A DNA stretch of 64,000 bases from Histomonas meleagridis 2922-C6/04-290x. Lineage: Eukaryota > Protista > Parabasalia. The stretch lies in assembly GCA_020184695.1 (NCBI GenBank), contig JAANOX010000265.1, positions 62,001 to 126,000 on the forward strand. The letters run 5' to 3'. Positions within the stretch are counted from its first letter, which is position 1, and every line of letters starts with the position of its first letter. Below the pieces are notes generated by a model. That model was not told the origin of the DNA. It saw only the letters and a list, made by a program, of their open reading frames with translations, and made no database searches. The position numbers and the translations under genes were made by a program. Below, piece by piece: positions 45,199 to 57,078 of this stretch.

Positions 45199-47652
45199 AT
45201 GGGAAACATAAATACACTGCCACAATTAGACCAAAAATGTCAAAACTTAGATTTATCTGGCTCTGGACTTCAAAAACTCCCTTACCACATTAAAAAAAGT
45301 AATAATCTTAAATTCCTCTATTTAGACAGAAACAAAATTCAAAATCTTCCTATGGGACTCACGAAACTACAAACCATCAGTCTCCAAGACAATTTCACGA
45401 ACAAAATTCCAGATCAAGTTTTCGAAGCATTGATTTCATATACTTCGCTAACACAAATAAATCTAGATGACAACCATCTCACTGAAATTCCAGTGGAGTT
45501 AGAAAAAGTAGAAAATTTGGAAACCCTTTATATAAGAAGTAATGATATCAACGTTTTGAAAAAATCAAATTTCAAAAAATTGAGCCTTCTTGATTTGTCA
45601 TGCAATTCAATCCAATCTGTTCAATCAATTCCGGAATGCGTAACATTTTTAAATTTAAGTTTTAATCTGATCAATCAATTAACTTTTTCCAGTCAAATCC
45701 TACAGAGATTAAACCTTGCAGGAAACAACCTTACTGAACTCCCTCAAGGTGTTGTTTTCCCCTCATTGAGGTCATTAGTAATTCCATATAACAAAATCAT
45801 AGATATCACAAATATCAAAGAATTTGCTCCAAATCTTGATCTACTCAATGCGTCTTACAATTTAATAGATAAATTCCCTGAATTACCCGAAAATATTACA
45901 AGTGTATATCTTGACAATAACAAATTGACGACAATTCCACCCTTAGACAAATACTCCAAACTTAGTCTTTTATATCTATTCAAGAACGAAATCACAAAAA
46001 TCCCTAAATTACCAACTACGCTCAGAGATTTTGAAATTTTCGGCAACAAAATAACAGAAGTCGAAGCACAGTCATCTGAATTCAGTATGCGTAGTGTCAC
46101 TCTCAATGATAATTCATTTACTGATATACCACATTTTGCGAATAATATTTACATATATTCAATTTCATCAAATTCCATTACGCAACTCAATGTTAGCAAC
46201 TTATGTAATACCATTTGTAAACTTGATATATCATCTAATGGCATAAAAGAAGTTCCTTCTGATATATTCCTTCTTCCAAACTTAACACAACTTTTTATGC
46301 ATAATAATTCTATCACTTCCATACCAGATGAATTTTCTAATTCGAAAATCGAATATCTTTCGATTAGTAATAACCCAATAAATGAATTGCCTAAAGCGCC
46401 TGGAACACTTACAATTCTTTATGCTGCATGTTGCGAATTTAATGAATTCCCTGATGAAATATTGGCTGAAACTAAAATCTCGACATTAAATCTTTCAAAT
46501 AACAAAATCAAAAGTATAAAATTGTTGCCAACATTAGAGAAGTTACACATGTCATGTAATGAAATCACTAATATCCCTGAGTTACCCGAAAAAATTAATG
46601 TGATTGACTTCTCTCACAATCAAATTTCTTCATTTGAGTTAAAAGGAACACATAATTCTTTGACAGAAATTGATCTTTCTCATAACAAATTAACAAATTT
46701 CACTATTAGTGAAAGATATCCTTTATTAACAATACTAAAAATTGCTTACAACTTAGAGCTTTCAAGTTTAGACCTCACAAACATCCCTTATCTCGACTTC
46801 TTAGATATAAATCACACGAAAATCAAATTAACGAAAGAAGAATTGGAGAGACCGTTTACCGAAGTTGTCGTAAACAAAATTGAAAACGTTACAACACCGT
46901 CGACAAAATATTTTGACTGTGTAAACGTCGGTTATGCTGAGATGAAAGGAAGCAGATCTGAAATGGAAGACTCATTAATTATTCGCCAAATCAAAGAGCC
47001 TAACATTGAGATTTATGCTGTGATTGATGGTCATGGCGGGACTGATACAGCTCGTTATGTTGCATTCCAATTGCCAAAGATTATAATAAACGGTCTCAAA
47101 GATGGCAAACTTTCCAACATCAGTGAAAAAGTCAAAAATTCAATCGAAACAACCGTTAAGCATTTGAAGGAAAGGAAGTTTAGGGACGGTGCAACAATGG
47201 CACTTGTCGTAAAGCATGGAAACACCATCGTATGTGCTAACATTGGTGATTCAAGAGCTTTACTTATAGAAGAAGATGGAAAAGCAGAACATCTCCTTCA
47301 TGATCATAAGCCTTACTTGAGAGATGAAATTGAAAGAATAAGAACTGAAAAAGGTGATGTAAGAGATAATAGGACAGACGGAATTTTAGCAATTTCAAGA
47401 TCAATTAGAGACTTCGAAGTAAGAGGAGTAACAGCTGAACCAGACATTGTGCAGATAGAAATTGGAGAAAATGTCAATAGATTGGTGCTTGCATGTGACG
47501 GAGTTTTCGATGTAATGTCTGTAGAGGAGGTTGGAATGATTGTAGAAAGTGAAGAAGACCCATCGTTAGCTGCGTATAAGGTAAGGAATGCAGCTTTCGC
47601 AAAAAATAGTTATGACAATATATCTGTGATTGTTGTAGACTTAAAGCCATAA
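45199..47652 (+). CDS. Leucine-rich repeat + PP2C phosphatase (PHLPP-like)
   Basis: MGN myristoylation-like start, about 20 LRRs, then GSRSEMED, DGHGG, NIGDSR, GILAISRSIRD, LACDGVFDV and DNISVIVV. Confidence 0.92.
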   Translation: MGNINTLPQLDQKCQNLDLSGSGLQKLPYHIKKSNNLKFLYLDRNKIQNLPMGLTKLQTISLQDNFTNKIPDQVFEALISYTSLTQINLDDNHLTEIPVELEKVENLETLYIRSNDINVLKKSNFKKLSLLDLSCNSIQSVQSIPECVTFLNLSFNLINQLTFSSQILQRLNLAGNNLTELPQGVVFPSLRSLVIPYNKIIDITNIKEFAPNLDLLNASYNLIDKFPELPENITSVYLDNNKLTTIPPLDKYSKLSLLYLFKNEITKIPKLPTTLRDFEIFGNKITEVEAQSSEFSMRSVTLNDNSFTDIPHFANNIYIYSISSNSITQLNVSNLCNTICKLDISSNGIKEVPSDIFLLPNLTQLFMHNNSITSIPDEFSNSKIEYLSISNNPINELPKAPGTLTILYAACCEFNEFPDEILAETKISTLNLSNNKIKSIKLLPTLEKLHMSCNEITNIPELPEKINVIDFSHNQISSFELKGTHNSLTEIDLSHNKLTNFTISERYPLLTILKIAYNLELSSLDLTNIPYLDFLDINHTKIKLTKEELERPFTEVVVNKIENVTTPSTKYFDCVNVGYAEMKGSRSEMEDSLIIRQIKEPNIEIYAVIDGHGGTDTARYVAFQLPKIIINGLKDGKLSNISEKVKNSIETTVKHLKERKFRDGATMALVVKHGNTIVCANIGDSRALLIEEDGKAEHLLHDHKPYLRDEIERIRTEKGDVRDNRTDGILAISRSIRDFEVRGVTAEPDIVQIEIGENVNRLVLACDGVFDVMSVEEVGMIVESEEDPSLAAYKVRNAAFAKNSYDNISVIVVDLKP

Positions 47653-48013
47653 AACGAATGATTTTATGAGTAAAATGTTTCTTACCAACCACTCAGCCGA
47701 ATTCCAAAGTTATTATTCCTTAATGAAGCTGCTTGTCTTGAAACCATTTTAGAAATTATAATAACACAAAGTGAACACTTCAGTTTTTGAATATAAATCC
47801 GATGATTATTCATTTATTCGATTCTATCGTTGGGAAACCTTTCTGAATAAACAATGGTAATTTTTTAGATTAAGTATATTTGCAACATTTATATCTCATC
47901 CACAATATATTTTGGAATAAAGCCATGTAGATTTATCAGCACAAAAATCTTCACAGGTTTTGTAGAATTTCATAAAGTGAAAAGTTTAGATTTCAATTCA
48001 CCTGCCCAATCAA

Positions 48014-49432
48014 ATGACATGTGATGTGAATTTGGTCAACCAAATGAACCAAATCAAATTATATATTTTTACAAGAAATTTTATAAATGTTGCAAACATA
48101 TTACTTGTATTGGGAATAGTGTTTGTGTTATGTTGGAAGTTTGCTCCAGATTTTGATAATATGTCAAATGGAAATTTAATTTCATACAAAAAATTGGAAA
48201 AACTTGAATTTAATGAATTGGCGGTAGAGCTTAAATCTAACAGCTTAAAGAGGTTCCAAAATATTTTTTATTTTGATTATGCAAATCATCCATTATTCCC
48301 TGATCTTTTATTCGAAAATTTTACGAATCAAGTGCATCATAATCTTCTCGGCAATACACACTCTGAGTCGCCTAGTGCTGAACTTTCTACGGATATAATT
48401 GATGATGTTCGAAGATCAATTCTCTCATTATTGCATACAAATATATCACAGTACACAGTTATTTTTACATACTCTCATTTTCAGGCTTTAAAGCTTATAG
48501 CAGAAGCTTTCCCATTTAACAATAAGTCAACTTTTTATTATTCTGAAACAAGTGATTTGAACATAATTGGCTTAACCAATTTTGCAATAGAAAAAAATGC
48601 AAAAGTTCAAATGTTAAGTACGAATAATTTTGTTACAACCAATTCCCCATCAAATCTTTTTATGTTTCCTCTTGTTGATTGTTTTGATGGATCTGTTCTA
48701 TCAATAGAAACTATGAAAAAACTCATTTCTACAAATGATACTGTTATTGCAGATGCATCTTTGTACCTCCAAAACCATGATCTCGATCTTTCGCAAATAC
48801 CATTTGATGGAATTGCATTAAGCTTCGAGAAGATGTTTGGCTTTCCAAACATCGGCGCTCTTGTGGTTAAGAACTCCTTGATAAGTACCATAAAACGACC
48901 ATATTTTGGTGGAGGTACTTTAGTATATGCATTAACAGAAACAGATTTTGAGAAATTAAGATTATCACCATGTGAAAGGTTCGAAGATGGGTCTTTACCA
49001 TTCATATCAATTCTATCTTTGCAGAGTGGTTTTGCATTTCGTCAACTTTTAGGAATTGAAAGATTGCAGGCGCACGTTAAATCTATCGTCGAACACACTT
49101 TGTCAAAACTTGATGAACTGGTGAACGTTAACAAATTAAAAATAGAAGTTTATGGAACAAATCAAGAATCTATTATCTCATTTAACATTCTCGATAAGAA
49201 ATCAAAAATTATTCCATACCAGAAAGTTATTGAAGCAGCATCTGAATTTGATATATATCTTTTGGGAGGATGCCATTCAACACCAACAACATGTAAAAAA
49301 TCACTTAAAACATCAGAAAACCAAATAAATGAAGGTATAGGTTCGCTCCAAGTTTCGTTTGGTTGGGCAACGACAAAAAAGGAAATTGATTTTTTAATAC
49401 AATTCGTCAAGCACACTGCTGAGATTTCGTAA
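48014..49432 (+). CDS. Class V PLP-dependent aminotransferase / Moco-sulfurase-like protein with N-terminal TM
   Basis: YFDYAN, ADAS, SFEKMFGFPNIGALVV, GGGT, RFEDGS and LGGCH motifs. Confidence 0.8.
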   Translation: MTCDVNLVNQMNQIKLYIFTRNFINVANILLVLGIVFVLCWKFAPDFDNMSNGNLISYKKLEKLEFNELAVELKSNSLKRFQNIFYFDYANHPLFPDLLFENFTNQVHHNLLGNTHSESPSAELSTDIIDDVRRSILSLLHTNISQYTVIFTYSHFQALKLIAEAFPFNNKSTFYYSETSDLNIIGLTNFAIEKNAKVQMLSTNNFVTTNSPSNLFMFPLVDCFDGSVLSIETMKKLISTNDTVIADASLYLQNHDLDLSQIPFDGIALSFEKMFGFPNIGALVVKNSLISTIKRPYFGGGTLVYALTETDFEKLRLSPCERFEDGSLPFISILSLQSGFAFRQLLGIERLQAHVKSIVEHTLSKLDELVNVNKLKIEVYGTNQESIISFNILDKKSKIIPYQKVIEAASEFDIYLLGGCHSTPTTCKKSLKTSENQINEGIGSLQVSFGWATTKKEIDFLIQFVKHTAEIS

Positions 49433-49735
49433 CACCACGTGTAATTATTACGTAAAATGCAACAATCAAAATTTAGAGAAAGTTAATTGTAATTTCATAT
49501 ATTCAAATTTGTAACATATATTTCGATGACTTAATATAAATTAACCAAACTGATATGTTTTCACTTAATTTGTTTGTTTGCATTCTTAATCAATGAAATG
49601 CTTATTAATTCTCTAAATAACATCAAAAAAGAATGTCCACTTTTTTATAAACTTCATAAATGCACTTTTTTACTGTGGGCAGAAATTTTTGAATAAATTA
49701 ACCGGAAAAGTTGTTGAAATGACTTTTCATTTTTT

Positions 49736-50341
49736 TTGGTTATGGAAACGAGTTCACAAGAAAATAGTAATGAAAAACATCTTAAAGTTGTAATTACTGG
49801 AGACTCATATGTTGGGAAGACGTCACTTCTTAACCGACATTTTAAGAATGATTTTACTGATTATATTACCTCGACTACTGGGATTGATTTTTTTGTTCAT
49901 GAGTGTCAACACGAAGAGAAAAAATACATAATATCAGTATATGATACAGCTGGCCAAGAATCATTTAAAGGAATCACAAAATTCTTTTATCGCGAAGCAG
50001 CCGCTGCTATTTGTGTATTCGACATTTGTGCCGAAAACACTTTTGATAATTTGGATTTCTGGATTCGAGACTTCCAACAAAATGCACCTGATTCAATCGT
50101 ATATATTGCTGCTAACAAAATAGATAAAGTCACCGGTAATGAAAACGCCGTTCCAAATAACAAGGTGTTGAAATACGCAAAGAAGAAAAACATAAAAATA
50201 TTTTTCGCTTCAGCGAAAACTGGAGAAAATGTTTCGCAAATGTTCGAGTCACTGTTCAATGAACTTTGCACACGTGGAGGTAATGCTCAGATAAAGATTG
50301 GACTTGCGCAAAATACGCAGAATGATGGAAGCTGTTGCTAA
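49736..50341 (+). CDS. Rab-family small GTPase
   Basis: GDSYVGKTS, YDTAGQE, NKID, SAKTG and C-terminal SCC. The ATG is at 49742. Confidence 0.92.
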   Translation: MVMETSSQENSNEKHLKVVITGDSYVGKTSLLNRHFKNDFTDYITSTTGIDFFVHECQHEEKKYIISVYDTAGQESFKGITKFFYREAAAAICVFDICAENTFDNLDFWIRDFQQNAPDSIVYIAANKIDKVTGNENAVPNNKVLKYAKKKNIKIFFASAKTGENVSQMFESLFNELCTRGGNAQIKIGLAQNTQNDGSCC

Positions 50342-50830
50342 TAAAATGAATGAAATTTTTCTCGTCGCAATGTTTTTGAGATTTTAAAAATGACGAAACT
50401 AAATAATAAGCAACGATAAGGAGAACGATTTTGTGATTTCGCTAATAATTGGATTTGCTGTAGCAGAGTATGAAATCAAAATAAATGTTTATGAAAATCG
50501 CACATGTATAGATATTGTCATTTAAGTATAGTTTTTTGTGGAGTATTAGTGAATATTTTAGCAAGTTTTTGGGTATTTTAAAATATCATCGTAAATATGA
50601 AACCAATTTATGAATAGGAAGAAAGAAAGAAATATGAAGCAGTGGTGAGTCGAATCATCAGTTAAACACCATTGCAAATTGAAAATAGAAAAGGTTTAAA
50701 TCTAAAGCATACAAGTTAAAAACGCAAAGTCTATATCTATAGATATCCTTTTTATACGAATAATGTGTTGTTATAGAAAATTGTTTCTAAATATTTGGCT
50801 ATCATAATTTTTTACATATTAAAAATGATA

Positions 50831-50857
50831 CAACAACAACAACAACAACAACAACAA
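50831..50857. repeat. (CAA)9 microsatellite
   Basis: Nine perfect CAA units in intergenic DNA. Confidence 0.9.
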
Positions 50858-50964
50858 AAACTTAAATAAAAAATAATAATAAAAATTTTAACTGTAACAA
50901 AACTTCGAGATCATTTTTCCATTTCTCACAGAACAAAAACAAAAACTTTCCCTTAAATTATTTT

Positions 50965-52119
50965 TTAGTTCCAGTTCCAGCACTTAACCTTTGAACTTAA
51001 GTTAAGGATACAAAGTCCGCAATCTTTGCAAGTGATTTTGTCAATTTTTCCTTCCTTTAACTCTTTAACCAGCAATGGCTGTCTCAAGAATGGTCGTGAC
51101 AGTGATACCATGTTAGCGGTCTTCGAATTGATGATATCTTCCATATCAGCAACTCTTCGATTTCCTCCGACGACGGCCAAATTTGCATCTGGTGCAATTT
51201 CGTGAATTCTTTTGGCCGCGTAAACGTTATAGCCATATGTAGACGGCGCATTTTTGGCACATTTGGTCGCGATTTGATAAAACTTCTCGGCTAATTTCTT
51301 ATCTTCAATGTTGTTGTAGAACTCCTCTTTGACAGGATGGAACCTTATTGTTGACGGATACTTAAGACCGATTCCGCATGAAATTTCAAAATGATCAATC
51401 ATCGGAAGACGAAGTATATATTGCCCAGCCATGTCAGGAGTGACGCCGCCTTCATAGTTATCATCACCGTTCATCTTGATTGAAATGGCAAAATCTGGTG
51501 ATACAACTTTTCGGATGTTTGTGGCAATTTCTTGGACAATACGAACACGATTCTCTAATGAGCCACCCCATTTGTCGGTTCTTCGGTTCATTGCTGGTGA
51601 TAAGAATGCAGAAAGAAGATATCCATGAGCAGCATGAAGTTGGATGCCATCAGCGCCAACAGATTGGAGTCTGAGGGCGGCTTGGATGAAAGAGTCTATT
51701 GTTTCCTCGATTTCAGCATTTGTCATATCGCGAGTATTTGGAAGAATACCAGACGCACCAATTGGAGTTCCGTCGATATCTTCAGGCTTGCACATCACGC
51801 CTCCGTGACATACTTGGAAGATTATCTTGGATCCTTTTTTATGTGCAAATTTAATTGTATTTTCCCAAGCACCTGCTTCTTTGTAGTTTGTAATGCCGCA
51901 TTGAAACTTCGCTGCCTTGCCATGTTTGATTGGATAAACATACCCTGGAACAATAAGACCGACTTCACCAGTTGCAAGTTTTTCGATCATTTTTGTTAAT
52001 TCATGTTTTGGCATTCCAGATGGTTCACCAAGTGCTTCATAAGTAGCAGACCTCATGAACCGATTCTTGATGATATGGCCACGAATTTTTGTAGGGGAAT
52101 ATAAGACTGATTTCATCAT
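50965..52119 (-). CDS. NADH:flavin oxidoreductase (Old Yellow Enzyme family)
   Basis: IKNRFMRSATYE, QLHAAHGYLLSAFLSPAMNRRTDKWGGSLENR and SRPFLRQP. Confidence 0.93.
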   Translation of the reverse strand: MMKSVLYSPTKIRGHIIKNRFMRSATYEALGEPSGMPKHELTKMIEKLATGEVGLIVPGYVYPIKHGKAAKFQCGITNYKEAGAWENTIKFAHKKGSKIIFQVCHGGVMCKPEDIDGTPIGASGILPNTRDMTNAEIEETIDSFIQAALRLQSVGADGIQLHAAHGYLLSAFLSPAMNRRTDKWGGSLENRVRIVQEIATNIRKVVSPDFAISIKMNGDDNYEGGVTPDMAGQYILRLPMIDHFEISCGIGLKYPSTIRFHPVKEEFYNNIEDKKLAEKFYQIATKCAKNAPSTYGYNVYAAKRIHEIAPDANLAVVGGNRRVADMEDIINSKTANMVSLSRPFLRQPLLVKELKEGKIDKITCKDCGLCILNLSSKVKCWNWN

Positions 52120-53756
52120 GTAGGAACCAAGAAAAAAATGAAGTCAAACGTTAATTTTTATAACTCAAAATTTTGAGAGCGGTTTGAACGATTTAACATC
52201 TACGATAAAACGTGATATGATCTGTTGGAACAATAGTTACGTATGGCCCTTCGAACTATAGCATCTTCAGCTTTTGTTCTGTCTTTGCGAATTCAACTTT
52301 CCTAATGAGAAAAGAAATATATGGCATAAATTCGGTGTTGACAATTAGTTTTGCAAAACACACACATTCAGTAAATAATTGTGTTTTCTTCTTTTCATCA
52401 CCAAGATTAATTTTGTTTAGTTTAATTTAAACCAAATTGAAATCTCAATTTTGGCATTTTTCTAAAAGTGTTAAACTAATTCAGAAGAAAACATCACCAA
52501 AAATCAGTCTTAATTTAATATACAAACATATTTTATTCTGTATAATTTATTATTTTTTAAATTGAAATCGCAATCTCTAAAATTGATTATTTTTGTTCCT
52601 TAAGATTTCAGTATATGCAATTTTACACAAGATTTGTATTTAAAAAAATGTTCAATAAAATACTTTATTTTTTTGTAAAGGATTAATCTCTTTATCTCGG
52701 TTGTCATGATATTGACATGTGAGTTGAAAAATGATTTCGGACGGGGGTTTTAATATAACAAGAACCCAAATATAAACTGCATTAAAGAAATTTCTTGGCT
52801 TAATTTTTTAATTAAAACAAATAAAAACTATTCGTTAAGGTTGTGTGTTTAAAGTATTACCCAATTCTAAACTTACTTTGAGTCACACTCTGTTTTAAGC
52901 AATAAATTACAGAAGTATTATATGAAATTATTCAGAAACATTTCTAATACTGAGAAGTCACTTATCTTTACTTGTTAAGTAAAACAAATCAATGGTATTT
53001 TTCTAATTTATGATATTAAATTTTTTATCAATATTTATATAAAATAGAACAAAATATTTCCCAGAATGAAAAAAACTTGCACATGTTGAAAGTTTCAAAA
53101 ATAAGGGGCGAAATTCTTCATTCACATTTGAATTAATAAAACTTGGCTCTAGTAATCCAGAAAGAATCATACTTATTAAATGTATAATTTATCTCTTTAT
53201 TTTGGGTTGACAAAAAACAATAATCATATAAATTATCATGAATCAAGATATATTTTTGATATTTAAATTTTACTTCAATGCATATAAATCATAGCTTTTC
53301 ATTGATTGTAAATTGCTTCAGTATCAAGAATTTTTGTGAAAATATCTTCAAAAATATCATCGGACAAATTGACAATGGTGCTTATGGCTTTTTGATATTT
53401 TTTCTGGACTTTTATTCAAATTTGGACTGATTTTCAATACCAGCGATTTTCGGTTGTGAACTGTTTTAAAGAATTTTTTGGATACAAAATTGAAAACCGA
53501 GACCACGGTTTAAAAGAATTTCTTTGTGTATTCTGGACTTTTTCTGTGCAAAAAGTGTCATTTTTAAATCCATTTGAAAATTACGATCGTCAGATCCAGT
53601 TACTATTCAAATTTAACCAGAAGATAAAAACAACAAGAATTTTTTTTGACACAAAGCCGTAGAGTTTGTCAGTTGGCCATTGAATTACAAACCGAAATAA
53701 TAAACTTAAATTTTTCATAATTTACTGAGCCATCAAAGAGAGCTCACACCATCAAA

Positions 53757-54356
53757 TTATGCAGTTTCCGGAAGCTGATTCAATAAGTTATTAATTTGGA
53801 AAAAGCACAATGGATCAAACTGTGCATCATTTTCCTTATGCTCATCCGTCAAAATTGGATCCTTATCATTAATCTTTTTAGGCAAGCTGGGGGAGTTCTT
53901 TGTTATTAACCTTCCACAATAGAAAAAATCTTCTTCTGAATTTAAATTTAAATTCAATGTTCGAATTTTTCGAGTTATTGAATTCCATCTATTTTTGACA
54001 TTATTAAGCGATCGATTATGAAAACATTTGCATAACAAAGACCACTTAGGTCCGAGTATATTATATTTTTCATATAATATATGATCTTCCTCAGGAGTCC
54101 ATGGGGAACGGTTTACATTCGGACACAAGTAGAATTTCCATCTTTCTCTACATTGGCGTGCACTTCTTGTTTTTATTTTAGATGAAATAATTTCCCAATT
54201 TTTATTTCCATGCTCTTCAACAAGCTGCATAAGCTTTTGATCCTCTTCTACAGAGAATGTCTTTCTTTTTTTCTTCATAGTTGACTCATTAAAACCTGCC
54301 TGGCTATTGCTATGATAATCCATAAGCCTCGATAAATTTGGTTTTAGATATGCCAT
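53757..54356 (-). CDS. R2R3 Myb transcription factor
   Basis: FSVEEDQKL..W..RSARQCRERW..YL.P..NRSPWTPEED..W...RSLNNVKNRW. Confidence 0.93.
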   Translation of the reverse strand: MAYLKPNLSRLMDYHSNSQAGFNESTMKKKRKTFSVEEDQKLMQLVEEHGNKNWEIISSKIKTRSARQCRERWKFYLCPNVNRSPWTPEEDHILYEKYNILGPKWSLLCKCFHNRSLNNVKNRWNSITRKIRTLNLNLNSEEDFFYCGRLITKNSPSLPKKINDKDPILTDEHKENDAQFDPLCFFQINNLLNQLPETA

Positions 54357-55192
54357 TCAAATTTAACTTGCGACTGCTTTAATTTGTGATATGTTCTGGA
54401 AATTGAGCAATATATATTTCCATTGAATATTGAACCACTTTTACTGAAAAGAGACCGCTAATAATTTACTTAATAAAACATATTTTTCTCGCTATATTTG
54501 CGATCTTTAGAGTAGTGATTTCTAATATTAAATATCTGCTTTGATGGAAATATAAATTCAAATTTGGTTCTGCTTTGTGACTTTAACAAAAATGGATAAA
54601 TGAATTTTTTGAAAATCCATAAGTGTTCGGATGGATTCTGAAAAAAACGTTCAGAAATATTGAAAAGTGGGGTTGTAAAACTATCGTAAGACGATAAACT
54701 TTGTCATAAATACGATTTAAATTTGAATGCGAAATTCTGAGAAATTTTCAATTATTTTTTGTGAAGATTAGGATTTTCGTTTTTAACCTCAACAAGCTTA
54801 GTTAATTTGTTGATGTGTTATAATGTTTATATAAATCGTTTGAGATTTGAAACATTCATTTTTGTGAAAATGGCTTATATTTTGATCAGATTTCATGACA
54901 GCTATTATTAGTTATTATTGACTCAATTGTTTAACTCAAAAAATTAAAGTAATTGTAATATCCTTAAAATAAAATCAAAGACAAAATCTTTTTTGGTTCC
55001 CAATCAAATGGAAAAATCATTCTTGAATTTAATGAATCTTCTAGTTTTTAATCAAAAAATGCTTCAATTTTGTTCTCATCAACCCAAAGCTTTAAACTTT
55101 TTGAAGCGCAACGATCATAAGCAACTGAATACACTTTCAATTTTGCGTAATTTAATCAAAAAGTTGATTTATGTATCTTTATTTTACATCAA

Positions 55193-56806
55193 TTAAAAAA
55201 AGCAGTTCAGCGTGTGCTGAGTTCTGTTCTTCCCAATCTCGACAAGCCTCCTAGCCTCCCTCCTTAGGTCATCGTACACGTATGCATCCTTTTGCAATGT
55301 GCGCGTATTTTCATCACGATTTAACTGTTCAACAAAGAATAACAACGCCTCTAGCGGCTTCACATTTATCGTATTTGATCCCTTGTTCTTTGGGAAGAAT
55401 AATGGCTTAACATATTCCGAAGTTAAGCACTCCAACATCTCATGCAAAAACTCCTGTGTGTAAGGCGGTGAGCAGCTTCTCAGCATGTTCACAAGAGCAT
55501 TTCTTTTGCATGAGTCATTATCGGATTTTCGTGCAAATACTTGTAAAACTTGAATTGGAAATCCAAGACCAAAAATATAACTTAAAACATTAAATAGATC
55601 AGCGATTAGATCAAAGTATGTTGAGAATTGTCTCTTAGAAACGACTGCATCTTTAATCATGTCGACTATCTGTGGAATAAGATCATGGTGTTGATAAGAA
55701 ATTTCACATAAAATCTGTCGTATAGGAGAAGGGAAGTTTGGTGAATGGGCGCTATGATTTGTACCCTTAACAACGAAGTATCTGAGCTTTGAAATTAGAG
55801 CCTCACTGAAAAAGTGGAATTGAATGGAATACGTTACGTGTGTTAAATAAACCGCCAAATCAACTTTCCAGATTTTGATGTAATTGGCTGCAATCATGAT
55901 AAATTCCAAATTAGCATCGGAATTTGTTAGACAAACAAGGGATTCTATGAGTTTGCGAAGAGTGGGTTCAGGAAGTTTAGGATTGAATAAATCAGATTCA
56001 AGACGGAAAAGAATGAGTTCCTGCAGGTAAGCAGAAGGGTTTGGGATCTGAACAAGCCTGTCTATAGATTCTGGTGTGATAAGATCATTGTGAAAAAGAA
56101 TGGATATATCTTCATCAAGACAGCCTTCTAACCGAAGGAGAGAGTTTTGAAACAGCCTATGAAGAGCTGGTTGATCTGAAAGCGATTTTTGGATAATGTG
56201 GATTAATGGGAGATTATTATTCCTATCAATATGTTGTGCTGTAAAAAATACCGTAAGATCGTCACAAATAAGGATGCTAATGATTTTTTCAAGATTTTGA
56301 GAGTTGGATTCAACACTATTTGCCAACATAATACATGTTCTTAAGACAGAAATAAATGCCTCGAAGTTAGCAGTACAAGGGGGAAAGCGTTTTACGAGGT
56401 GAGGAGTGGAAATGCAAATCTTTTCAAAAGAATGATTTAGAAATCTTGATGTTGGATTTTTCTTAATTAATTCTAATATTAAAGATGGTATAAACATATC
56501 AGAATTTGTTGTTTCACACCACTCTGGTGGATTGTTTATATCAAAATTTGTATCTGCTATTTGTGGATCAAAATACAATAGTACTTGTTGTATTAAAAAG
56601 TTTTCAAAATCTTGGCGGAAATTAATACCTATCGCATCTGATATATGCCCAAATGCATCAATTAAATGAAAGTATCCACGATAACTTTCAGATAGTTGAG
56701 AAATCATTTCAGGTATATCTCCACCATTAGAAATAAATTGGTCAATTATCATTTGTATGTTAGGTCTCATAATCGCATCAGGCAGTGAAAGCACATTCTT
56801 ATCCAT
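55193..56806 (-). CDS. TH1 / NELF-C/D-like protein
   Basis: The N-terminal DAIMRPNIQMIIDQFISNGGDIPEMISQLSESYRG resembles the TH1 signature IMEP..F..GG.P..I..LS..Y.G; C-terminal helical region with PPYT. Recognised from memory, not by a search. Confidence 0.6.
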   Translation of the reverse strand: MDKNVLSLPDAIMRPNIQMIIDQFISNGGDIPEMISQLSESYRGYFHLIDAFGHISDAIGINFRQDFENFLIQQVLLYFDPQIADTNFDINNPPEWCETTNSDMFIPSLILELIKKNPTSRFLNHSFEKICISTPHLVKRFPPCTANFEAFISVLRTCIMLANSVESNSQNLEKIISILICDDLTVFFTAQHIDRNNNLPLIHIIQKSLSDQPALHRLFQNSLLRLEGCLDEDISILFHNDLITPESIDRLVQIPNPSAYLQELILFRLESDLFNPKLPEPTLRKLIESLVCLTNSDANLEFIMIAANYIKIWKVDLAVYLTHVTYSIQFHFFSEALISKLRYFVVKGTNHSAHSPNFPSPIRQILCEISYQHHDLIPQIVDMIKDAVVSKRQFSTYFDLIADLFNVLSYIFGLGFPIQVLQVFARKSDNDSCKRNALVNMLRSCSPPYTQEFLHEMLECLTSEYVKPLFFPKNKGSNTINVKPLEALLFFVEQLNRDENTRTLQKDAYVYDDLRREARRLVEIGKNRTQHTLNCFF

Positions 56807-57078
56807 TTTTTTGATGCATTAATTTCACATAGACTGTTAAATTTTTTATGTCAAAAAACAAAGATTGGTGAAAAGTACAACAAACGAGCTTCTTTCGCTC
56901 ATGCCTTGCCCATAGGGATTTAGAATTTTATCTTGTTTTTGCAAATATTTCACAAAAAATTAATAAAACATAAAGAACATAAATATGTAAGAACTTGGTT
57001 ATAAACACTTTTGTAAAGTATTGAAAATATATGGGGTGGCCCTTATCACTGGAAGGCATCTTTCAATCATATGATTTC

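Noticed and set aside
52120-53750. tRNA, snRNA or rRNA genes in the long intergenic regions (also 40020-40970 and 42350-43020)
   Set aside because: No cloverleaf, A/B box or rRNA-like sequence was recognisable by eye. A covariance-model scan would be needed to exclude small ncRNAs.
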